Positions 51,701 through 62,144 of a DNA stretch of 64,000 bases are shown here, one piece after another. Both the position numbers and the translations under genes were made by a program. The notes under the pieces are model-generated. The model saw nothing but the letters and a program-made list of their open reading frames with translations. It had not been told where the DNA came from and did not search any database. The DNA lies in NCBI GenBank assembly GCA_951804945.1, contig OX638149.1, forward strand, positions 87,172,001 through 87,236,000. Reading direction: 5' to 3'. The stretch is from Podarcis cretensis. Lineage: Eukaryota. How positions within the stretch are numbered: the first letter of the stretch is position 1; every line of letters starts with the position of its first letter.

Positions 51701-52689
51701 TAGGAATTCCATGCTGCTAGAAAGGGCCTTCTGGGTGAGACAGTTGCTTTCAGACTTTCAACACAGAAAGAACCCTTTGCACAGGGCCTGCCTGCTGAAG
51801 TATCATTGAGAAGCACTGTATACTGCAAAGGATCCTGGGAGATATTCTAGTCTGGTACATACACTTAATTTGCTCGGAGTACTGGGCCTGGCCAGACTTA
51901 CTGGGACTCGCTGTCACCTCAGCTGACTGAAAGTGTGTTCTAGAAAACACCCAACATGTCCCTGCAGCTGCACATGGCAGGGGGAAGATGGTGGTGGTGG
52001 GCCACCTGTTCTGTGGGGCCACTTGTCTGCCATTACTATTTTGTTCATGGAAGACGTCCTGATAAACTTGCATGGAGCACAGTTTGAAAAGTGCTAAGAA
52101 AAGAGCAGAAGAAAGAGAAGAGAAAGGCATTTGCACCATGGGAAACAGCAGCATCCCTCACCTAAAAGGACAGCAACCCCCAGAGGCATAGTCAGTGCCG
52201 AATGGAGAAGGGTACGTTCCAAGCCAGCTGTTTGTGATAACACCATTTTTGGGCAGCGGTGCTGGTAGTCAAGCAGTCGCTGGCATGGAACATGTTAGCG
52301 TAAATAATAAGTTGGCTGTGTTATGAGCCCGGGGAGTGGGTTATTGATGGTCTGGCAGTGCTGCTGTAATGACAGGCCACACTCCCCTCGCAGCAATCCC
52401 TGCAATTATAAATGTGATCGCTCAGTTGCATTTTCTGCCTGCCATGCCAACCCCCTTGTCAGCGTACAAGCCACAAGCAATGGCCTCCCCCTACAGTGCC
52501 CCCACTGCAGCCCTCAGGAAACAGAGCTAATTCCCAACTAAATGCGATTAGGAGAGAATGCCAGACATATACGTCTCTTAGCCACGGCCTTTTATATTTC
52601 CAGCCCTGTACGAGGCGGCCTCTGGGACTGTCCACTCACTTGCTGGCAGCAGTCACAGCAAATGGGCCAGTGGCTCCTTGTCGTTGGTT

Positions 52690-53090
52690 AACATGTCAGA
52701 AGAAGGAGCCAGCTCTGCTCCAGGCACAGGGCCCAACAAGGAGTCTGGCCGCAGGACAACACTGGGGTTGGTGTCTTGGCCTCTATCTAAAAGTATTGGT
52801 GCCCTTGCTGCTGATGTGTCTTGCTCTGCTGGAGGAAGGTGGACAGGACAATTGTTTCCTTTGTTCAGTTAGAATTGCCCAGGTGAGACTGTGGGAGCAA
52901 ATTCTACAACTTAACTTTGTGCTGTGTGAAGAAGTCCTTCCATTTGTCCAGACTCTCCCAACATCAAGATGGCCCCCAGTTCCAGCATTATGAGAGAGGG
53001 AGAAAAACATCTCCCTATCCACTTTCCCCACGCCATGCATAATTTTGTACATCTCTATCAAGCACCCCTTACTTGTCTTTTTTCCCCCTT
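52690..53090 (-). mobile_element. CR1 LINE ORF2 C-terminus and 3' UTR fragment
   Basis: LIEMYKIMHGVGKVDREMFFSLSHNAGTGGH matches the CR1 C-terminal motif (RGDMIEVYKIM..FFSLS..RTRGH). Confidence 0.85.
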
Positions 53091-53734
53091 GAGGGAAGAA
53101 CCCAAACTATCTAAACTCTGCCTCACCTGCGCAGAATGTGAGTGACAGGAAGGTGACCCACAGAGCCCCACAAGAGCCTCAGCTGACAGCGGATCAAAGT
53201 GGGCCTTTGTGCTCTAGCCTCTAGCGTCTGTCAGGACAGCTATATTTGGGAACAGTGTCCGGCAGGAGCTCTGCATAGCAGCTTCTTCCTGCCGTGGCTA
53301 AAGCTGAAGGGGGAAAGCCCTGCTCCTCTTCCCCTCCCCTCCCCACACGCAGCTCTGGTTGCCAGGAGCCTGCCAATGGCGGGGGGGGGGGGGGGAGAGA
53401 AAGAAAGCTTCTGGGAAAACTCAGGAAAGAGAACATTAATGGTGCAGGAGTGGATGGGTGCCAGAATACTCTGCAGCCAGCTGTGTTCCTGGGGTGGCAT
53501 GAAGGATGGGGGTAATTCTACTGAGCTGCCAGCTGGTGGGGAGCTGAGGGGTGTTGCCTGGGGGGTGGGGAAGAGAAGCAACACAGAGGAGAACATCTTG
53601 TAGAGCTATGGTTCTTGGGAGGCTCTGAGCCGCTTTCCCTGCTGAATGCATGCCAATAATATTGTAGATGATAGTACTTGCATGGTGAACATGATAAATA
53701 ATAGTGATAATAATCTATTATTATTATTACTATT

Positions 53735-53960
53735 GTTATTACTATTATTACACTGATAGCCCACCTTTCCTCCAAGGAGCTCAAGGTAGCATACATGGTT
53801 CTCCCTCTCCCCATTTTCTCCTCACAACAATCCTGTGACGCAGGCTGGGTTGAGAGACAGTGACTGGCCCAATGTAACCAAGTTAGCTTCATGTCTAAAT
53901 GGGGATTTGAACTCTGGTCTCCCATGCTCTAGTTTCAACACTCTAACCACTACACCATAT
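53735..53960 (-). mobile_element. MIR/CORE-like SINE
   Basis: cctcacaacaatcctgtga..gacagtgactggccca..ggatttgaactctggtctcc..taaccactacacca, with an AT-rich tail at 53690-53750. Confidence 0.75.
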
Positions 53961-54029
53961 TCATTAGTGTTCAAAATGCCACGTCTGCATTATCTGGACC
54001 CTTATAAGAGCTATGCAAAGTGGGTTAGT

Positions 54030-55778
54030 TTTATTTATTTATTGTATTCATTCATACATTATACCATGCCTTTAAACGCAAAGGAGCCAAGGATGGAAGA
54101 CGAGCCATGATGAAACTTAAAAAAAAATTTTTTTAATTAATCTAAACAGTTTTAAAACACTTTAAACAGTTCAACAACAGTAGCTCAACCAGCGATCTCA
54201 AGGTTGCAAAAAAAAACAAAACAAAAAAAAACCCACATACAGTGTCTTTCAGTGTTGAGTAAACAAGGAATGTTTTAAAATTTATTCTGAAAGTCAACAA
54301 TGAGAGAAACAAGTGCACTTCACCAGGGAGAGTATTCCACAAATGGGGAGCCACCACTGAAAAGGCAGCCCCCAGTGGGGGCACCACCAATGAGGCCTCA
54401 CTTGCCTCACAATCATAGAGTCTGAGATGGTTGATATCGGGGAAGGTGCTCTTTTAGGTGATTGAGTTCCAAGCCATTTAGGGCTTTATATGCTAGCACT
54501 AGGGATGCGGGTGGCATTGTGGTCTAAACCACTGAGCCTTGGGCTTGCCGATCAAAAGGTCTGCAGTTCAAATCCCCGCAACAGGGTGAGCTCCCGTTGC
54601 TCAGTCCCTGCTCCTGCCAACCTAGCAGTTCAAAAGCACGCCAAAAAGTGCAAGTAGATTAATAGGTTCCGCTCCAGTGGGAAGGTAAACGGCGTTTCTG
54701 TGTGCTGCTCTGGTGTCAGTGTTCCGTTGCACCAGAAGTGGCTTAGTCATGCTGGCCACATGACCCAGAAAAACTGTCTGCAGAGTGGACAAAAGCTGGC
54801 TCCCTTGGCCTGTAAAGCGAGATGAGTGCCGCAACCCCAGTGTCATTCGCGACTGGACTTAACTGTCAGAGGTCCCTTTACCTTTACCTTTATGCTAGTA
54901 TTAATGCCTTGAATATAGCCCAGTAGTTCACAAGCAGCCAGTGCAGCACTTTCAAGACAGGCCCCAACTACACTGCCCCACTTACCAGACTATCAGTTGC
55001 ATTCTGTGCCAGTTGCAGCCTCCTGATTATTTTCAAGGGCATGGAGAAGTGAGGCCAGGCTATGCTGACCCACAAATGACTATAGCTGGCAAATCAGCCT
55101 AAGTTGGGCATAAGTGCACCTAGCCACAGGAATCATGTGGGATTCTAGTGACAACCTGGAATCCAGGAGTACTCCCAAGCTATGAATCTGTTCTTTCAAA
55201 GGGAGTGCAACCCCTGCCAGGACAGATCGCACACCTAATTCCCAAACACAGGAACCAACCACCCACAGTACTTTGATCATATCAGGATGCAGCCTCACTG
55301 TATTAGCCCCCATCCAGTTCATCACTGCCTCCAGACTCTGGTCCACAGCCTCTCTCGATTAAGAAGGAATATGTCATCAGCATATTGATGCCACTATGCT
55401 CCAGATTCCTGGACAACAGTTCCCAGCTGTTTTTAACGTCCAAGCTAAATGGCATAGGAGACAGAATGGACCATTGTGGGACCTCACAGCTCCAAAGCCA
55501 TGAAACCAAACAATAATCTCCAAGTACTACTTTTTGGTGGCGATCCTGTGGATAGGATAAAAATCATCCTAATACAGTACCTACAACTCCCACTTCCCTA
55601 GGTTGCTTCAGGAGAGCACCACGGTCAATGGTGTAAAAAGCCAAGGAGGGATCAAGGAGAGCTACTAGGGTCACACTTGCCTGTCTCTCTCCTGATAGAG
55701 TTCATCAATCAGAATGGCCAAAGCTGTTTCAGTGCCAAAACTGAGCCTGAAACCAGACTGGAGTGGATCTAGATAACC
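54030..55778 (-). mobile_element. L2 LINE (RT with YADD through 3' end), degraded, containing a Sauria SINE
   Basis: Minus strand gives AFxTID (~55625-55643), VPQxSILS (~55460-55490), YADD (55373-55384), WMGANTVRLHPD and AFSVVAPHLWNTLP. Confidence 0.88.
54502..54890 (+). mobile_element. Sauria SINE (POM/Squam1-type), full length
   Basis: gggatgcgggtggcattgtggtctaaaccactgagcc..gttcaaatcc..ggccacatgaccc..(ACCTTT)n tail; TSD tatgctagcacta / tatgctagtatta. Confidence 0.92.
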
Positions 55779-56329
55779 TAGATGCATTTTCCTATTACAT
55801 GTGGAGAATGCAAACTGGGACAGCACTTTTCAGCAAGTAATTATGTGGTGGGTTTATGGCAGATACAAGATTTCAACCAGAGGATTCTGACTCATAACAT
55901 TAGTTTCTCAGCCACTATATAAACTGGCAGGAAACATCTATTGTACCTACACACATAGTCCAATATCACATACAGAGAGAGGAAGTTTCAATGAGCGAAA
56001 CAGTTCTGAAGACTTGAGGAGCAGGTGCTAGTAATGAATTATTGCTGCTCTTCTGTGATACAGAAGCCTGATCTATCCTACCCTGTGATGACACTGTTGT
56101 AAAAATCCATCGCTACCTCACCAACTTCCAGCAAGGTAGAGAGCCAGCAAGTGCCACAGCTGGCACAGTAGGTAGGGAAGCATGACAGCATTCAAAAGTC
56201 AAGCTCCAGCACTTCACACAGCACCCAAGAGATGGCCCAGCATCTTAGACTATGCTAAAAAGCAAAGAGGCCAAATCTCTTTTACCTGTTTAAGGTGAGA
56301 TGCCAACCACAACCTCTCCCCTCTCCACA

Positions 56330-56580
56330 AGGATGGGTATATGGCCCAAGTCATCCATGCCTTCAGAACTTCTCAGATCTATTACTGAATGCCCTCTCTG
56401 TGGGACTCTCTTTTAAGATGGTTTGGAAATTGCAGCTGGTACAAAAAAACTGCTGCCTGGCTAGCTACCAGGGAGAATATGTTACTTCAGTGCCGATGAG
56501 ATTGCACTGGCTAGCAGTTTCCAGGTAAGAGTCAAGATGCTAGTCTTAATCTTAAAATGCCTCCATACTCAGTGTCAGTC
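56330..56580 (+). mobile_element. Old L2 fragment
   Basis: NALSVGLSFKMVWKLQLVQ..RLHWL. Confidence 0.7.
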
Positions 56581-56823
56581 AAGAAGCAATTCCTTATATG
56601 CAACCTGCTCCTCCTTCTTGATCTCTCATTGGCATTTGATACCATTGACTATGATATCCCCCTGGACTGACTCTGGGGAATGGGAACTGGGGACACTGCG
56701 TTACTGTGGTTGCAATCCTGCTTTCAGGACCAAAACCAGAGAGTAGTATTGGGAGAGTGCCTTTTGGCCCCCTGGTGGCTACGTTATGGGGTGTCACAGG
56801 GGACTATCGTATCTCCACTGCTA

Positions 56824-56988
56824 CAGTGAGGGGGGGAAGTATTTGATCCTCTGCTAAATTTGCCCGTTTGCCCTCTGATGAAGAAATGACCAGTCCATAA
56901 TTTTAATGGTAGGTTTATTGTAGCTGTGAGAGACAGAATAACAACAGGAAAACCCCCAGAAACCCAGAAGACAAAAGTCAGTGATTGA
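56824..56988 (+). mobile_element. Tc1 transposon terminal fragment
   Basis: TA followed by CAGTGAGGGGGGGAAGTATTTGATCC.. is a Tc1-type TIR start; the opposite end is absent. Confidence 0.75.
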
Positions 56989-57185
56989 TATATATGTAGC
57001 AGCACTGTAAATGTGAGGTTCCTTCCAGGGGAGGCCCTTGGGCTCTGGTGTTCTTTAGCTTTAGAAAATCCCTATTTCAGCAAGCTTTCACGCAGGCAGG
57101 ATGTGTTTATTTACAGTATGCTGCAGGTCACTGAGATGTGTTTGTTGGTTGTTTTAATGGAATATTGGTATTTAATCCTGTCCAT

Positions 57186-57237
57186 TCTTCTTCTTCTTCT
57201 TCTTCTTCTTCTTCTTCTTCTTCTTCTTCTTCTTCTC
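57186..57237 (+). repeat. (TTC)n microsatellite
   Basis: Seen directly; accounts for the poly-Leu ORF 57013-57273. Confidence 0.95.
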
Positions 57238-57346
57238 ATCATCATCCACCATGAGTTTTCTTCTGGGCATTAAAGTCGGGCTTACACCTATATCCAATGC
57301 ATATAGCTAACAAATAGATTAGCTAGCACCACCAAAGGAGATGAGA

Positions 57347-57404
57347 TTCAGAACCTTGGACAGTACCAGAAGACCAAAACAAGGCCAGCACCAAGGCCAG
57401 CACC
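57347..57404 (+). promoter_or_regulatory. Tandem pair of RE1/NRSE-like sites
   Basis: TTCAGAACCTTGGACAGTACC (57347-57367) and GCCAGCACCAAGGCCAGCACC (57384-57404), versus consensus TTCAGCACCnnGGACAGnnCC. Confidence 0.6.
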
Positions 57405-58365
57405 CCTGTCTTCACTTTAGGTTTGGAGGCCCCAGAAATCACCATTATGCAGCTCCAAACAATGAAAGAGGTGCCTCTCTCCAATCTAAGACTGATGCAA
57501 GGGGCGTATTCTAGAGAATAGATACATCTCACATGGAAGCCTTGCTTCGTGCTGCATGCAGGCCTTGTCCTACCTTTCTCAGCACTTGAGTGTGTCATAT
57601 TCTGTATGCAGTCCCAATAAATCACTGACGCTATGATGGATTGGTGACGGGAATGCCACTTACATAGTCCTCCAGTGACCAAATGAGTATGGGTGCCCAT
57701 TGCTAACCTTTTGATTTCATTTAAAATAAAATAAAATAACAAAGAACTTGGCTTCATTGGGGTCAAAACAGAAAAAGGAGTATATATACAGTATATATCT
57801 CCAAATTAACACAGTGCTCTCCAGCGACATTAGCCATATGCTACAGAATGATAAAGCTATATGGTTAAGCCTTAAGCTATATGCTTAAGGAATTAAAAAA
57901 GTTGGACATAACAAAAGAAATAGGTTGACCCAATAAGGGGTGTATCCAAAAATACATTTATTAGGACCAACTTAAAATGTCACAAAGTAGTCATCCAAAA
58001 CTTGTCACCCACCTATTCTTACAGTGGCAGAGTGGGTGGAATAATACTGTCTCCAAGACTGAATTACAGAATGTATTACAATGCATTGCTCATGAGCATC
58101 CTAAAATAGTTACAAGGATACACAGCCACATCCTGAAGGTGTCATTACCATTGCACCCTGCTATCAGAGGAGCAGTTTCTGTGTTCACTGTGGGTGGTGG
58201 CCAGAAGACCAACACTGTCCCTAATATTTGGCACTTTGATGCCTAGGCATGGTGAGCAAAGTCTTGATAGGTTCAAAACCATTCTGCTTCTGACAGGAGA
58301 CTACATTTTCACGGACAAAAATTAATAAAAAAGCCCTTGTGTTCCTCCAGTTTTCAGAACAGATG

Positions 58366-58638
58366 TGGAAGGACAGATCCTGAAGCTGAGGCTCCAATAC
58401 TTTGGCCACCTCATGAGAAGAGAAGACTCCCTGGAAAAGACCCTGATTTTGGGAAAGATTGAGGGCACAAGGAGAAGGGGACGACAGAGGATGCAATGGT
58501 TGGACAGTGTTGTCGAAACTACCAGCATGAGTTTGACCAAACTGCGGGAGGCAGTGGAAGACAGGAGTGACTGGCGTGCTCTGGTCCATGGGGTCACGAA
58601 GAGTCGGACACGACTAAACGACTAAACAACAAAAACAA
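58366..58638 (+). mobile_element. BovB (RTE) LINE 3' end
   Basis: EGQILKLRLQYFGHLMRREDSLEKTLILGKIEGTRRRGRQRMQWLD..HGVTKSRTRL followed by a (CAA)-type tail. Confidence 0.93.
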
Positions 58639-60507
58639 GTTTTCAGGTTCAGTTCACATTCTTGCAGCATTGCACAAAGCAGGGGGTTAAGGTGGGTGGA
58701 ACTGAGGCTTGATCCAATCTCACAGCAACTACCCAACACTTTCCCCCTCACCCATCCACACATACACCCACCCACCCACCCACTGCTGTTATCCTCCAAA
58801 CCCCCAGCCACCCATGATCTGGGGAGGCTCTGTACCCTCCTAGAAAAAGTGACTCTTTCTCCCAGGGATCAGCAATGGTCAAGGAAGTGACTCCCCTGGC
58901 AGAGCTGTCAGGCATGCCCCAGCGAATATGGGGACAGTCAGCTTTGGTTCTGGCTCATTACTAGGAGATTAGTCCCTGATCCCAAGTGGCCTGGCCCAGG
59001 GGACAGGTATTCTGGGAAGCAGGAAAGGTTAATTTCAGGGAGATTAGGCTTGTGCCTCAGTGGGACGTGAAATTGAGGTAAATCTGTTCATCTGAATGAA
59101 AGGAACAGCTGCAGCACGCAGCAGGGGGAGCGGCTAAAAATAGCCTGGTATTTACCTGTCAGAGCCTGGACATGCTCTGGAGAAAGCACCGTGGCATGTT
59201 GGGAGCATGTCAGTGCCAAATGCCTGCACTCTGAGGAATGGGATGGGGCTACAAACTGCTCTCAAGCAAGTCCCTCCCACTCCTCACCATTTTGGGGCTT
59301 CAGAATGTATGGAAGAAGGGGAATGGTGCCTGTGTGTTCTGAAACCAGCCAGCTCATTACCAAGATTTCTTCACACCACCCAGACTCCTAGCTGAGTCTG
59401 AGTTGGTATCAGAGTTGGTTGGTGCTGATGGGAACTGTGGTCCAAAACAGCTGAGGATCATCAAGTTAGAGAAGGCTGTTCTATGCCAATGTATAAGCAA
59501 CCACCCCCAACTTGATGCTCGCCAGGTGATTTGGACAGCAGCACCCTTGACCTGACTAAGCTACCTATGCTCCTATGTTGCTAAGCAAGGCGGAAGGGGC
59601 CAGTTGTGGCACAGATAATGGGCATGCTGCATTTCCTAACTGCCACCACTGAGCAATGCCTGAGCAGTGCCTGAGTAAAGATGCGTAAATGTTGTGACAC
59701 TTATGCTCACACAGGAATTCATAGCTCTGTGCCTAGCAGCTGAAGTACTGATGTGCTTTCCCACACAGGCCTTTGGACAGATGCAGCCCTTGCAGTGAAA
59801 AAATTGGAACTTCCTCCAGTAGTGTATAGCACACACCCTTCACACAACCAGAAATGGGTGAGCAACCTGTTAACTTCCCCTCTCTTAAATTATTTTTCTA
59901 TGAAAACTGCTGGGGCGGGGGGGGGGGAACATCACTGAGTCATTCCTCTCTCCCACCTTCCTCTCCCCAGAGCTTTATGATTGTTGTAATCAACTGCATG
60001 GAGCTGGAGACAATGCTGATGGCATGAGTTGGCCTTGGGAATGAGCTGCTATTTGGACCATGCTGGCACCATTAGGGCTGTGTGGAAGGCAGGCTCTGTC
60101 AAGGTGATGAGCCTGCGATTGCTTGAATCACAGCTCACTGCGATACCTCTTAAGTGGTTCTTAATAAGATTGTGTTCAGATTTCAGGGGATTTGTGAGTG
60201 CCACCCAGCTCCTTTCTGTTCATTTGCTGCGTACTGGAGGGAGGAGAGGAGCAATCTCTGGGTCAGCAATGGCTTAGAGGCCTCATTCGCCCACCAAGCT
60301 TGTTAGGCAGAGTGGACTTGAATAAACATGAAGGAAATTTGTTGTGGAACACTTCAGTCTTCCTGGACATTCTGCAAGAGCCTTGAAAGTCACTAATTCA
60401 ACAGAAAGGATTCCAGCAGTAAAGCAGTAGGCATTTGTTTGTTGATTTGATACTATCAGACCTTAGCTCAGTAAAGATGGGGTTGACCAACCCATTACAG
60501 GAAGCAA

Positions 60508-60672
60508 GGTTGCATATACACCATACATTTAAAGCTCACCCGCTCACCCTGAATCCTGGGAAATGTAGTTTAAGGGTGCTGGGAATTGTAGCTCTGTGAA
60601 GGGTAAAGTACAGTTCCCATGATTATCAGGCAGGGGTGGGGGTTGCTTTAAATGTATGGTGTGTATGCAAAC
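60508..60672. mobile_element. Palindromic MITE (Harbinger-like family)
   Basis: ttgcatatacaccatacatttaaagc / gctttaaatgtatggtgtgtatgcaa. Confidence 0.8.
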
Positions 60673-61081
60673 TGATTGTAATCTTTAAGGTGTTTATGCT
60701 CTCTCCTGTCCACTTTTGTCTCTGGCTCTATCCACCTTTGTCCCTGCCTCTGCCCACCACTCAAATGCAAAGCCCTAACAGGCTGACCCTGAGGGAAAGC
60801 AGCCTTCAACAGATAGAAAAGCTCTCCACACTTGCAGTACACCATTCACCTCACTATGCCAGTTGGGAGTGGGGCACACCTACTTCTTCTAATTCTTTTC
60901 ACTCTGTTTGTGGATCCCATTTTGGGTTTGCTCTGAATTGACAACCCCCCTCAAACACTGCTGGGCCTTCCAGCTTCAGTCTGTAATGTCACTGTCCCAA
61001 TGCATCTGTCTGGATCCATGTAAATGTGTGGAGAGAGAGAGAGAGGTGAAAACTGTCCACTGCAGGTAGTGCTTCACGAAG

Positions 61082-61450
61082 CTGCTGAAATGGGCTCCGG
61101 ACTACCAAAGCCTCTGACACAATAAATTTGTTAGCTTTTAAGGTGTCACAAACACAAAAACACAGGTGCCCTTGTTGCTTTTATGAAGGACATAAAGCAT
61201 GTCACCACTCTCCAAGGTATCTAACTGTCACCAACCTGAGATAAAACCCTTCCTCAAAGAGCCCCCTTCAATCAGCCTTCCCGCTTGCCTTGCTATCACC
61301 TCCACCACCCTAACTGGGGACTGCGTTTACGACTGTGAGGCCCAAGTGGCTGGGGATTTGCTTCCCATTCAACACCAGCTGAACCAAACCGACAAAGAGT
61401 TTTGTGCCCTCTTAAAGGATAGCAGATTTATTGTGGCATAAGCCTTCACT
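61082..61450. mobile_element. Two Penelope-like end fragments in opposite orientation
   Basis: 61082-61151 (+) cacaataaatttgttagcttttaaggtgtcacaa; 61394-61447 (-) cttaaaggatagcagatttattgtggcataagc; same family as 45-140. Confidence 0.6.
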
Positions 61451-62066
61451 TTTTTCAGCTTAAGTTTTACACAGAGCAATGTCACAGACTATAGACTGGA
61501 TTATGTGGAATCACGCCTCTGAACTGTCAACAGGAGGGAATGTTTTTCAGGATCATGTGGGCCAAGATATATGGACCCCTGTTTCTACATGGCCAAGGCT
61601 CCACAAAGCTGACCAGTTTACTTCAACTACCCAGCCATTAGCCACACACAACCCATCATGTCCTCCACACTTCTCTGCATAGCAGATGTGGAGAATCCCC
61701 TTGCCACATCAGACCTTCTTTGTCTGCTAGCCAGAGGTATACAGGCCTGGGGCATGAGGAATGTCCCACACAGGCATTCTCTAGGAAGTTGCTCCAAAGA
61801 CACTTCAAGCACAATGTCCCAGAGGGATCTATTTTAGCAAATTGCATTCAGTGTGGCAGGTTTCCTATGCTGTGTGGCAATCACCTTTATTTTGACCCGT
61901 GGTACCAGAGCACCTCAGCAGGATAAATCATATTACTTACATTCTTTCCTCCATTTCCTCCATAGGTCTCCATTGCAAAGGCCTTCCATGCTTCTACCCT
62001 CCTGTGGTCTAACCCTGCAATACCCACCAGCCATGCCATATTCCACCTTCCCTTAGTGAAATGGTG

Positions 62067-62068
<2 letters not shown>

Positions 62069-62139
<71 letters not shown>
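62069..62139 (+). repeat. (TG)n(AG)n compound microsatellite
   Basis: Seen directly. Confidence 0.95.
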
Positions 62140-62144
<5 letters not shown>

